This document shows positions 19,350 to 27,883 of a DNA stretch of 64,000 bases, piece by piece; position 1 is the stretch's first letter, and each line of letters starts with the position of its first letter. Origin of the DNA: Spirochaetaceae bacterium (GTDB taxonomy: Bacteria > Myxococcota_A > UBA9160 > UBA4427); contig JACKFD010000002.1 of assembly GCA_020632655.1 (NCBI GenBank), positions 227,757 through 291,756 of the forward strand, read 5' to 3'. The translations under genes were made by a program, and so were the position numbers. The notes under the pieces were generated by a model that did not search any database, was not told where the DNA came from, and saw nothing but the letters and a program-made list of their open reading frames with translations.

Positions 19350-20657
19350 TCAGGTCGACACATCGACGGCCCGATCGCTCTTCGTCGCTGGAGGGGGGGC
19401 AGCTGATTGCGCATCGTCGTCGGGAAATGGGTCGCTTCCGCGGTAGAGCCACTTCAGGCCGATCGGCGTGAAGAGGGTCGTCGTGATCGCGGTGATGACG
19501 ATGGCCGAATAGAGCGACGCGACGATCGCACCGGGTGGATCGGGTACGGAGAAGAGACCGGCGCGAAGGGCCACATCGGCCACGATCAGCTCGACGGCGC
19601 CTCGCGCATTCATGCCGATGCCTACGGCCAACGAATCTCGCGCATCCATGCCGCTCAGTCGGGCGGGAATACCCGCCCCCAGCAGCTTGCCGGCCGTTGC
19701 GGCGAGGACGAGCGTCGCAAGGAAGGCCGGCGCCTGGATCAGCGCCTCCCCGCTCACGTGGATGCCGATCGACGCGAAGAAGACGGGCGCGAAGAATCCA
19801 TGGGTCAGCGCGCTCACCTTGCCGAAAACGTCGTCGTAGGTCTCCTCGTCGATCGTATTTCGCACGAAGAAGAGACCCGCCAGGAACGCCCCGATCAGGA
19901 AGTGCATCGAGAGGGCCTCCGCGAGGACCGCGTAGGCGAGAGCGGCGAGAATCAGGAAGCTGAACTCGAATTCGTGTCCGCGCAGCGCTCCGATCTTGCC
20001 GCCGAGCCAGGGGAAGAGGAATCGCCCGATCAGGATCGCGATGGCGAAGTACAGAGCCACTCGACCAGCGAGCGTGAGAAGTGCCGCAGTGTCGGGCTGG
20101 TGGCCGGTCTGGAGCACCGCGGTCAAGATCGCCAGCAGGAGCAGACTGAGTACATCATCGACGATCGCCGCCGAGACGATGAGACGCCCGGCGGACGTAT
20201 CGAGTCGGCCCATCGACAGCAGCACGCCGACCGAGACCGGCACGGCCGTGACGGCGAGCGCGGCGCCGATGAAGAGGGCCTGGGCGGATCGAAGTTCGCT
20301 CGCGGGCAGGAGCCAGCCACCGACCCCGATTCCGAGGGCCAGGGGGAGAGCGAGGCCACCGACGGCGATCACGATCGCCCGCCCGGAAGCTTCGGCGAGC
20401 TTCCAGGGGCGGAGGTCGAGGCCTGCCATCAGCATCAGGAAGAAGATTCCAAGGTCCGTGATCGCGTCGAATACGGGATCGTCGGGGAGCTCCGCGAGGA
20501 CCGGGAAGGCGGCGCCATGGTTCGTGACGACGATTCCGAGCAGTACGCCGGCGAGCAACTCACCGACGAGGGCGGGCTGTCCGAGTCGGACGGCAACCTC
20601 CCCGACGAGTCGGGTGGCGACGAGCAGCACCAGGAGGACGTAGAGGACCTCCATCAC
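19350..20657 (-). CDS. Cation:proton antiporter (CPA2/Kef-type membrane domain)
   Basis: 435 aa, about 12 TM. The N-terminus MMEVLYVLLVLLVATRLVGEVAVRLGQPALVGELLAGVLLG is typical of Na+/H+-K+/H+ exchanger family proteins. Confidence 0.85.
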   Translation of the reverse strand: MMEVLYVLLVLLVATRLVGEVAVRLGQPALVGELLAGVLLGIVVTNHGAAFPVLAELPDDPVFDAITDLGIFFLMLMAGLDLRPWKLAEASGRAIVIAVGGLALPLALGIGVGGWLLPASELRSAQALFIGAALAVTAVPVSVGVLLSMGRLDTSAGRLIVSAAIVDDVLSLLLLAILTAVLQTGHQPDTAALLTLAGRVALYFAIAILIGRFLFPWLGGKIGALRGHEFEFSFLILAALAYAVLAEALSMHFLIGAFLAGLFFVRNTIDEETYDDVFGKVSALTHGFFAPVFFASIGIHVSGEALIQAPAFLATLVLAATAGKLLGAGIPARLSGMDARDSLAVGIGMNARGAVELIVADVALRAGLFSVPDPPGAIVASLYSAIVITAITTTLFTPIGLKWLYRGSDPFPDDDAQSAAPPPATKSDRAVDVST

Positions 20658-20774
20658 GCGATCACAGAAGGCGTGATGCGCATCGGGAGTCGAACGGTCT
20701 CGCTAGAGGGGCTCGCGTCGATCCTTCGCTGTCGTCGACGAGGGGCATGGCGCATTTCGTACTCTCGGCGCGGT

Positions 20775-23198
20775 TCATCGGTGCAGGTCGACGAACTCCT
20801 TTGCATCGAAGGCGTCGACGCGGACTGCTTCGTCCCGCGCCGCACGCGCCGAGGCGAGTCGGTCGACCTCCTCTTCCCTGAGGATTCCGGCCGCGACGGC
20901 CGCCTCGGCAAGCTCGATGCCCGGCGCCGGGTCGAGTCTGCCTTCGGCTACCGCCCGACGCAGCGCGGATTCGATGGCGAGGGCCGGTGTCGCCTCCTCG
21001 AGCGCGGCTTCTAGTCGGCCGAGGCCCGGTTCGTCGGCTCGAGGGAGGTAGATCGCCGAGGTGAGGGCTTCTCGGGCTTCTGCGTCTTCGAGCAGGGCGC
21101 GAGCGGCGTCCGACCCCATCCGATCGTCCGGTCCTCGCTCGCGCCGACCGAGTGGGAAGACCAGCGGCGCGAGCAGGTACGCCATCCATCGCGTCGGAAG
21201 ATTGCGGAGCACGCCCGAAAGAGCCCGATCGACTTCGGCGAGCGCCGTCTCGCAGGCCCAGACGACGAAGGCGCGCTCGCTCTCGGGCTCGCCCGCGTCC
21301 TGGAAGCGCTTCACGGTCGCGGATCCGATGTAGAGCCAGGCCAGGGCATCCGCGAGCCGGCCCGTGATCTTCTCGCGTCGCTTCAGACGACCGCCCAGCG
21401 TGGCTAGGGCGGCGTCGGAGACGAGCGCGAACGCGGCGCTGGATCGACCGAGACGTCGACGGAATCGCCGCGCGACGCCGCGCGAAGGCATCGTTCGTTC
21501 CCGGAGTCCGCTCGACAGGGCGAGCAACGGCGCGCGAACTGCGTTTCGGGCGACGAGACCCAGATGGCCGAAGAACGCACGGTCGAAGCGACCGACGTCG
21601 GCCGTGGCGATCGCCTCCATCTCTTCGAGCACATAGGGGTGGCAGCGGATCGCGCCCTGTCCGTAGATGATCATCGAGCGCGTGAGGATGTTCGCGCCCT
21701 CGACGGTGATTCCGATCGGGATCGTCGCGTAGATCCTCTCCAGGATGTTTCGCGGGCCACGCATGATGGCCGCTCCCGCGCGGATGTCCATCGCGTCGTT
21801 CACGATCGTGCGCATGGCGTCGGTGCAGTACGCCTTGGCGATGGCGGATAGCACCGCAGGCCGCTCGCCAGCATCGACCGTCGCGAGGGTGAGCGTGCGC
21901 GTCGCGTCGATCGCGTAGGTCAGGCCCGCAATGCGCGCGAGCGGCTCCTCGACTCCTTCGAAGCGACCGATCGGTGTGTCGAACTGCTCGCGCACCATGG
22001 CATAGGCGCTCGTGACGCGGGCGGCGACCTGCGCACCCGCGGTCGCGACGGAAGGCAGCGAGATGGATCGGCCGGCCGAGAGGCTCTCCATCAGCATCTT
22101 CCAACCCTGACCGGCTCCGGCCCGTCCTCCTATGATGGCGTCGACGGGGACGAAGACGTCCTGACCGGTGGTGGGGCCGTTCTGGAAGGGCACACCCATC
22201 GGATCGTGGCGCGTACCGATCTCGATGCCGGGGAGGTCGGCTGGCACGAGCGCGCACGTGATGCCGAGCTCCGGCTCTCCGCCGAGGAGACCGTCGGGAT
22301 CCCGGAGTCGGAAGGCCAGGCCGATCAACGTCGCGACCGGCGCGAGCGTGATGTAGCGCTTGTGCCAGCGCAGTCGGATGCCCAGGACCTCCTCGCCCCG
22401 CCAGGATCCGCGGCAGACGATCCCCTCGCTGTCGGTCGCCGCGGCATCGCTTCCAGCCTCGGGGCCCGTGAGCGCGAAGCACGGGATCTCCTCTCCGCGC
22501 GCGAGACGCGGGAGGTAGTGCGCGCACTGCTCTTTGGTCCCGTAGTGGAGCAGGAGCTCCGCGGGACCGAGCGAGTTCGGGACCATCACGGTCACCGCTG
22601 CCGTGACGCTCCGACTCGCAATCTTCGTGACGACGTCGGCGTGTGCACGCGCGGAGAATCCGAGTCCTCCGTAGGACTCCGGGATGATGAGACCGAAGAA
22701 GCGCTCGTGCCGCAGCGTGCTCCAGACCTTCTCGGGCAGGTCGCCGGCCTGGGAGATCTGCCATTCGTCGAGATCGCGACACAGGTCCTCGACGGGTCCG
22801 TCGAGGAAGGCCCGCTCGCGTGGCGTCGGACCCGCGGTCCGAAATGACGCAAGCCGGTTCCAATCCGGTCGTCCCGAGAAGAGATCTCGATCGAAGCCGA
22901 CCGTGCCAGCCTCGAGGGCGACTCGCTCCGTGTCGCCGAGCGTCGGGAGGGCGCGTGCGAAGCGGGGCATCAACCGCCGCGTGATCCACCTGCGTCGTAC
23001 GGACGGCACTCCGTAGACCAGGGCGGCCAGGGCGAGGAGTGCGGCGAGCACCGAAAGGACGCCCCAGGACTCGGGTGCGGCTGCGGCACCGGCGAGCAGC
23101 GCGGCCGCGCCGCCGACGACCCAGGCGAGATAGGCACGCCCGACGAAGGTGAGTGCCAGGAATGAACCCGCGGACAGAGCGATCCAGAAGAGAGTCAT
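20775..23198 (-). CDS. fadE: Long-chain acyl-CoA dehydrogenase, FadE type
   Basis: 807 aa. It has an N-terminal membrane-like segment followed by PTLGDTERVALEAGTVGFDRDLFSGRPDW, co-linear with E. coli FadE ([26 protein letters not shown]). ACAD core motifs follow. Confidence 0.9.
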   Translation of the reverse strand: MTLFWIALSAGSFLALTFVGRAYLAWVVGGAAALLAGAAAAPESWGVLSVLAALLALAALVYGVPSVRRRWITRRLMPRFARALPTLGDTERVALEAGTVGFDRDLFSGRPDWNRLASFRTAGPTPRERAFLDGPVEDLCRDLDEWQISQAGDLPEKVWSTLRHERFFGLIIPESYGGLGFSARAHADVVTKIASRSVTAAVTVMVPNSLGPAELLLHYGTKEQCAHYLPRLARGEEIPCFALTGPEAGSDAAATDSEGIVCRGSWRGEEVLGIRLRWHKRYITLAPVATLIGLAFRLRDPDGLLGGEPELGITCALVPADLPGIEIGTRHDPMGVPFQNGPTTGQDVFVPVDAIIGGRAGAGQGWKMLMESLSAGRSISLPSVATAGAQVAARVTSAYAMVREQFDTPIGRFEGVEEPLARIAGLTYAIDATRTLTLATVDAGERPAVLSAIAKAYCTDAMRTIVNDAMDIRAGAAIMRGPRNILERIYATIPIGITVEGANILTRSMIIYGQGAIRCHPYVLEEMEAIATADVGRFDRAFFGHLGLVARNAVRAPLLALSSGLRERTMPSRGVARRFRRRLGRSSAAFALVSDAALATLGGRLKRREKITGRLADALAWLYIGSATVKRFQDAGEPESERAFVVWACETALAEVDRALSGVLRNLPTRWMAYLLAPLVFPLGRRERGPDDRMGSDAARALLEDAEAREALTSAIYLPRADEPGLGRLEAALEEATPALAIESALRRAVAEGRLDPAPGIELAEAAVAAGILREEEVDRLASARAARDEAVRVDAFDAKEFVDLHR

Positions 23199-23371
23199 GA
23201 CATGTTCCTTTCGCGGCCGTCGAGGTGAGCGGACCCTCGCTCCGAGTCCGAGGACTCCTCGACGGGGGTCGGGGCCCGCTCGTAGGGACGCGCTTCGAGC
23301 GGCGGCTGGCGCGTTCTGTCGAGAGGCGGCTCGGCCGGCCTCTCGGCTCTACGGACGGGAGGCGCGTTGCG

Positions 23372-23399
23372 CAGTGGATCCGAGCCGCCGGATCCGCTG
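23372..23399 (-). terminator. Candidate terminator hairpin after the encapsulin gene
   Basis: cagtGGATCCG-agccgc-CGGATCCgctg forms an 11-bp stem with one G.U, 34 nt downstream of the encapsulin stop. There is no U-tract, which is common in GC-rich genomes. A second hairpin lies at 23320-23345 (CGAGAGGC...GCCTCTCG). Confidence 0.35.
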
Positions 23400-23432
23400 G
23401 CCGGGTGCCGAGTGGCGCGGACGACCGGGTGG

Positions 23433-24245
23433 CTAGACATCGGGCGGAAGGAGGGGAACGGCCGCCTCCGGCCCGGTCAGTTCGGCGGTGAAGCTCTCTT
23501 CCAGATAGAGGCGGATGTGATCGTCGTCGTGGCCGACGTATCCGATCGCCGCGTCGCGCCCGCAGACCATCCTGAAGTCGCCCCCGCGCAGGCTGGCGAC
23601 CACGCCACCACGGAGCGTCGCCGCCCAGATGACGTCGCGGTCGACCAGGCCACGCACGTGGCGGGCCATGGGATAGCCGCCCGCACCCGAAGCGCGAGCG
23701 AGTGCCTTGTGCGCCTCGGGTCCGAGAGCCACCACATAGGGCCCGGAGACGCCGGCGCGACGCAGCTGCTCGAGTGCCTCGGCGACCGCGTCGGCAAGGC
23801 GCGTGCCCTCGCCGGAGATCGCGACCCCCTCGTTCGTGGAGTCGGTGATCAGGCCCGGGATGTCGGCGTCGGCATATCCCTCGAAGATCGCGTCGTCCTC
23901 AGCGGCGGCGAATACGCGAGCGGCTTCGCGAAGTGGATCCAGATCGATGCGGGACGCGCCGCGATCGGCGCGCTCGATCGCCTGGCGCTCGAGCGTGAAC
24001 GGTACCCGGAGCTCGATCAACGGCCGGACGACCCGACGCCGAATCGTGGCGCGGGAGTCCACCTCGCACTCGAGCGACTCCGCTCGTCCGAGATCGAGAC
24101 CCGAATGGAGCCATCCGAACGGACCTTCGAAGTCCACCAGCCTCCGCGCGGCGAGACGCATCGTAAGCATGTCGCGAGCCTCGGATTCGATGCGTCTCCA
24201 GGCGGTGTCGCTGATCGGGGCGAGATGTCGATTCAATCCACCCAA
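23433..24245 (-). CDS. Encapsulin nanocompartment shell protein (family 1, linocin M18-like)
   Basis: (M)GGLNRHLAPISDTAWRRIESEARDMLTMRLAARRLVDFEGPFGW... matches the N-terminal signature of family-1 encapsulins (xxLxRxLAPISxxAWxxIExEA...AGRRVVDVxGPxGW). There is no ATG/GTG. TTG 24243-24245 lies 8 nt after GAGGAG. The alternative TTG 24234-24236 overlaps the EncFtn stop as TTGA. The length is about 267-270 aa. Confidence 0.9.
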   Translation of the reverse strand: MGGLNRHLAPISDTAWRRIESEARDMLTMRLAARRLVDFEGPFGWLHSGLDLGRAESLECEVDSRATIRRRVVRPLIELRVPFTLERQAIERADRGASRIDLDPLREAARVFAAAEDDAIFEGYADADIPGLITDSTNEGVAISGEGTRLADAVAEALEQLRRAGVSGPYVVALGPEAHKALARASGAGGYPMARHVRGLVDRDVIWAATLRGGVVASLRGGDFRMVCGRDAAIGYVGHDDDHIRLYLEESFTAELTGPEAAVPLLPPDV

Positions 24246-24643
24246 TCCGAGATCTCCTCGCCCGATCGTTCCCGACGCAGCCGGTCGATGCCGCGCAGGG
24301 CGCCGATGCCCAGATGGCGTTCTTCGCCAGTCTGATGATGATCTCCTCGGGCAGGCTCGCTCCGTGCGATCGGATCGGCTCGGAACAGGAAGCGGCGGAG
24401 GAGTCCGTCGAACTCGGGGTCGCGACGACGGATCCATTCGAGGAGCATGCACGCGTGCTCCTTCTCCTCGTCTCGATGGTTCGCGAGGACGCTTCTCAGA
24501 TCGTCGTCGGTCGTCGTGTGCAAACGGTCCTCGTAGGTATCCACTGCTACGAGCTCCTCGATCAACGACGTCAACGCGTGGTGCATGTCCTGGATCTCGG
24601 CCGACGGCCGGTCTCGGGATTCGTGTGTCGTGGCGGCTGTCAT
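24233..24643 (-). CDS. Encapsulated ferritin (EncFtn / ferritin-like cargo protein)
   Basis: ATG 24641-24643 lies 8 nt after AAGGAGG; 136 aa. DMHHALTSLIEELVAVDTYEDR...ANHRDEEKEHACMLLEWIRRRDP carries the EncFtn ferroxidase motifs. HLGIGALRG resembles the SLGIGSLKG cargo-loading peptide but is followed by 18 more residues. Confidence 0.9.
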   Translation of the reverse strand: MTAATTHESRDRPSAEIQDMHHALTSLIEELVAVDTYEDRLHTTTDDDLRSVLANHRDEEKEHACMLLEWIRRRDPEFDGLLRRFLFRADPIARSEPARGDHHQTGEERHLGIGALRGIDRLRRERSGEEISDWVD

Positions 24644-24676
24644 GGGGCCGAGCCTCCTTTCTCTTGCTCTTTCCGT

Positions 24677-24787
24677 CCCGGGGCTGCTTCGCACCGACGC
24701 ACGCGGGACCGAGCCCGGGGCTGCTTCGCACCGACGCACGCGGGACCGAGCCCGGGGCTGCTTCGCACCGACGCACGCGGGACCGAG
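24677..24787. repeat. Perfect 3 x 37-bp tandem repeat in the EncFtn/encapsulin leader
   Basis: The unit cccggggctgcttcgcaccgacgcacgcgggaccgag occurs at 24677-24713, 24714-24750 and 24751-24787 with no mismatch. The array ends 33 nt upstream of the EncFtn ATG. Each unit contains a CCCGGG palindrome. Confidence 0.97.
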
Positions 24788-25381
24788 AGAGGCGCGGATT
24801 CGGCTTCAGCCGCGGGTCGCGCCGGCTTTCTGACATCCCGTACTGGAAACTCAAGCAAGCGTCGTGCCGACGCGGCGCGAAGGGCCGAGGGCCGATTCGC
24901 CACGCCCCTTCCATTCGCAGAGGCGAGGCAGTTGGCGGCTCGCGGAAGACGACGAGCTCGGCGCTCCCATGTCTTCCACCTCGACGTCGTGCCAACATGA
25001 ATCGCGTCAGACGCCAGAGGGGCTCTATGGCGGAGCTGGCGGAGTGTCCGGCCGGGATCGGGACGATCGTGCTCCGTGCCGCGTCATGCGCCTCCACCTG
25101 ATTCCGCCGAGACGATGTCCGGGGTCTCACGGCGTACTGTCGCGACGAGACCACGCCGCGGCGCGTGGATCATTGTAGAAAGGGCGCCGCGACATCTCCG
25201 ACCGGCTCGACGCGCCCGGTCACCCCGACCGACTGTGCGTCGGCGACGGACGGGCGTCGGGCGCATGCCGAGCCCGTCGGCACCTTGTTGTGCCCCGATC
25301 GCTTCGCGAAGCTGTCGATCGACGTCGTCTGCGGATGCCCGTTTGGCGAGACGGTCCATCTACGCAGACGGGAGTAGCGCC

Positions 25382-26356
25382 GTGACCCTGGCGAGTGCCT
25401 ATCGCTATCCGTTCCCGCCCTATCCAACCGGCTGGTACGTCGTCGCCGCGTCGAGCGAGCTCCCGTCGCGAGGAGTTCTGCCGCTTCGTTATTTCGGACG
25501 CGACCTCGTGCTGTTCCGAGCGGAGAGCGGCCGTGCCGTACTGGTCGACGCTCATTGTCCGCACATGGGCGCGCATCTCGGGCACGGCGGATTCGTCGAG
25601 GGGGAGGGGATCCGCTGCCCCTTCCATCAATGGCGCTTCGGGTGCGATGGGCGCGTCGAAGACGTTCCGTACCAGACCCGCGGCGCGTTGCCCGTCGAGT
25701 CGCTCGCCTGCTGGCCGGTCGAGGAGCAGAGCGGCGTCGTACTGGCACATTGGAGCGACGGCGGCCGATCGCCCAGCTGGCGCATGCCGGCGATCACCGA
25801 GTTCGGTCGTCCGGGCTGGGTCGGCTGGCAGACCTTCCGCTGGCAGATCCACATGCATACCCAGGAGCTCGCAGAAAACGTCCCCGACATGCCGCATTTC
25901 CGTTACGTCCATCGCGTTCCAGCGCCGCCCGAAGCCGAGGTGAAGACTTCGGGCCACGTCTACCGGCAGGAGACGATCGGGCGCGGGGCCGACGGCGGGA
26001 TCGTCTGGCGGACGCAGCAGACGCTCTTCGGGCTCGGGCTCATCGTGCTGCGTACGCCCGGACCCATCCCGAATGTCTCGCTGAACGCGATCACGCCGAT
26101 CGACGAGGAGACGGTCGACCTGCGGGTGATGTACGTCGTCGAAGAAGGCGGCGATGCCACGACGCTCTCGCCGGCGGCGAGTGCGATGCTCGAGGCCGTT
26201 GCGAGCACGATCGGAGACGACGTCCCGATCTGGGAGCACAAGGTCTATCGCGAGAAGCCGTCCCTCGTACCGGGGGACGGCCCGATCGCGACGTTGCGGA
26301 AGTGGGCGCGGCAGTTCTACGAGAGCGGGGCCGAGGGCGCGCCCGACCGCGACTAG
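25382..26356 (+). CDS. Rieske [2Fe-2S] domain oxygenase-like protein (KshA-like architecture)
   Basis: GTG 25382 follows GGGAG. YPFPPYPTGWYVVAASSEL...CPHMGAHLGHGG...IRCPFHQWRF carries the CxH...CxxH Rieske motif. The C-terminal half is a catalytic-like domain. The start is uncertain. Confidence 0.8.
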   Translation: MTLASAYRYPFPPYPTGWYVVAASSELPSRGVLPLRYFGRDLVLFRAESGRAVLVDAHCPHMGAHLGHGGFVEGEGIRCPFHQWRFGCDGRVEDVPYQTRGALPVESLACWPVEEQSGVVLAHWSDGGRSPSWRMPAITEFGRPGWVGWQTFRWQIHMHTQELAENVPDMPHFRYVHRVPAPPEAEVKTSGHVYRQETIGRGADGGIVWRTQQTLFGLGLIVLRTPGPIPNVSLNAITPIDEETVDLRVMYVVEEGGDATTLSPAASAMLEAVASTIGDDVPIWEHKVYREKPSLVPGDGPIATLRKWARQFYESGAEGAPDRD

Positions 26357-27072
26357 CCGCGGCGGCCCGCGGATCCCGCTCGAACGGGCTGGCGTCCGGA
26401 TGGACGCGAGAGGGCCTGGCGCCGGGCGAAACGAGATGCGGCGACGAGTCCGGCGACGAGCGCCGCGAGGGCCGGGGCGGAGAGCGCGGGGACCGAGGGC
26501 GTCGCGACCGGCGTGAATTCGAGGTTGTCGAGCAGCGTCCCCTCCATGATGGGCGTGTTGGGTTGGAAGACCTCGATGCGTCGGATCAGCGGAGCGCTCA
26601 CGAAGAGATCCACGGGATTCCCGGTTCCGCTTCCCGCGCCGGTGCCGGAGTCGCTCGCAACCAGCGTCCCGGCCGTCGCATCGTCGTACGCGTTCACCCG
26701 GATGCCCGCACTCCCCACGTCCATCGCCCGCAGGCTCACCGACGAGACGGGCGGCTCGAAGCGGGCCGCGATCGGGTCGGATTCGTGCAGGATCGTGCTC
26801 GACGTCGAATGGATCACGACGTAGGGCAGTGTCGAGCCCAGATGATCGTCGACGCCATCGAAGGGCGGACCCAGCGCATCCGCCCAGCGGGCATGCGAGA
26901 AGGTGACGCCCAGCGTCGAGTAGAAGTCGTCGATGGTCTGGCCGGGCGTGCCGTCGTCGAAATCGATCGAGACGGTCTGCGCAGCAATCGGCGAGGCCGC
27001 GACGAGGGGCGGGAGCAGGGCGAGGGTGGCGAAACGGACGCGGGCAGCGGTGCAGAGGCGCGAGTGCAGCAT
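26353..27072 (-). CDS. Secreted protein with IPTL-CTERM-like (VPALS) C-terminal anchor
   Basis: 239 aa. The signal peptide is FATLALLPPLVAASPIAAQ. The C-terminus is TPSVPALSAPALAALVAGLVAASRFARRQ (motif + TM + basic). Its stop shares the tetranucleotide CTAG (26353-26356) with the stop of the convergent Rieske gene. Confidence 0.65.
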   Translation of the reverse strand: MLHSRLCTAARVRFATLALLPPLVAASPIAAQTVSIDFDDGTPGQTIDDFYSTLGVTFSHARWADALGPPFDGVDDHLGSTLPYVVIHSTSSTILHESDPIAARFEPPVSSVSLRAMDVGSAGIRVNAYDDATAGTLVASDSGTGAGSGTGNPVDLFVSAPLIRRIEVFQPNTPIMEGTLLDNLEFTPVATPSVPALSAPALAALVAGLVAASRFARRQALSRPSGRQPVRAGSAGRRG

Positions 27073-27191
27073 CCGAGCACGGTAGCAGGCACGTCGTGCG
27101 CGACAGACGGGGGCCGATTTCCATGGACTGCCCGAGATCCGTCGTGCGAGACTGGTCGGGCTCGACCCGAGCCCACCCGTCGAAGGATCCC

Positions 27192-27854
27192 ATGCGAACG
27201 CAGTTGCTCCTCACGCTCCCCGCGCTCGTCGTCGCTGCCCATCTTCTGACCGCGGCGGACGCCCGGGCCCAGGTCGTCTTCTCCGAGGACTTCGAGGTCC
27301 CGGACACGACGAACTTCATCACGTTCTTCGCGCCGCAGCAGATCGTGACCGCCAGCAACACCTGGCAGGTCGTCGCCGAGAGCGTCGATCTCTACGAGGA
27401 TGCGGCGCGTGCCGAGGCCGTGGCCTACGAAGGCGGTCAGGCCGTCGACCTCGCGGGCTCACCGGGCGCTGGCGTGATCGAGGCGGGCTTCGCCACGGTC
27501 TCAGGCCGCAGCTATCGCCTCGTCTTCCACTACGCGCGCAACAACCTCCTGGGGGCGACGCCCGGCCAGGCCCGGATCGACGTCGAGGGGGGCTCGCCGC
27601 TCCTGTCCGTCACGGTCCAGCACGACCCGGCGCAGTATGCCTTCTCCACCTAGATCACCTTCGACGAGAACTTCGTCGCGGACGCCCCGCAGGCGACGCT
27701 GCGTTTCACCTCACTCAACGCCGGGAACACGGGCATCACGATCGATGCGATCTCGATCACGACCGTACCGGCCACTCCGGCGCTCGCACCCGTGTCGACG
27801 GTCGTCCTCGCGTCGGCGCTTGCCTGGATCGCGCGTCGACGGATGGCCGCGTAG
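27192..27854 (+). pseudogene. DUF642-like (choice-of-anchor type) secreted protein interrupted by one in-frame TAG; VPATPAL C-terminal anchor
   Basis: ATG 27192 follows GAAGGA, giving the signal peptide MRTQLLLTLPALVVAAHLLTAADARA. The frame reads ...VQHDPAQYAFST-TAG(27651-27653)-ITFDENFVADAPQATLRFTSLNAGNTGITIDAISITTVPATPALAPVSTVVLASALAWIARRRMAA-TAG. Domain and anchor continue in the same frame after the stop. Confidence 0.6.
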
Positions 27855-27883
27855 TCGTCGCAAGCACACGCGCGACGACCCGC

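Noticed and set aside
24677-24787. The 3 x 37-bp repeat as a mini CRISPR array
   Set aside because: The units are directly abutting with no spacers, and no cas genes are present. It is a plain tandem repeat.
23433-25154. 573-aa ORF suggesting a giant encapsulin with a long N-terminal extension
   Set aside because: Only the last about 270 aa are encapsulin. The upstream 300 aa are Arg/Pro-rich, cross the EncFtn gene in another frame, and read through the 37-bp repeats. A TTG start with an SD explains the gene.
26353-26356. CTAG shared by two convergent stop codons as a functional element
   Set aside because: It is real in the sequence, but a 4-nt convergent overlap is a common chance outcome and needs no special mechanism.
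27651-27653. In-frame TAG as pyrrolysine
   Set aside because: There are no pyl genes in view, and the organism type (Gram-negative with exosortase cargo) makes this very unlikely. A nonsense mutation or error is the simpler explanation.
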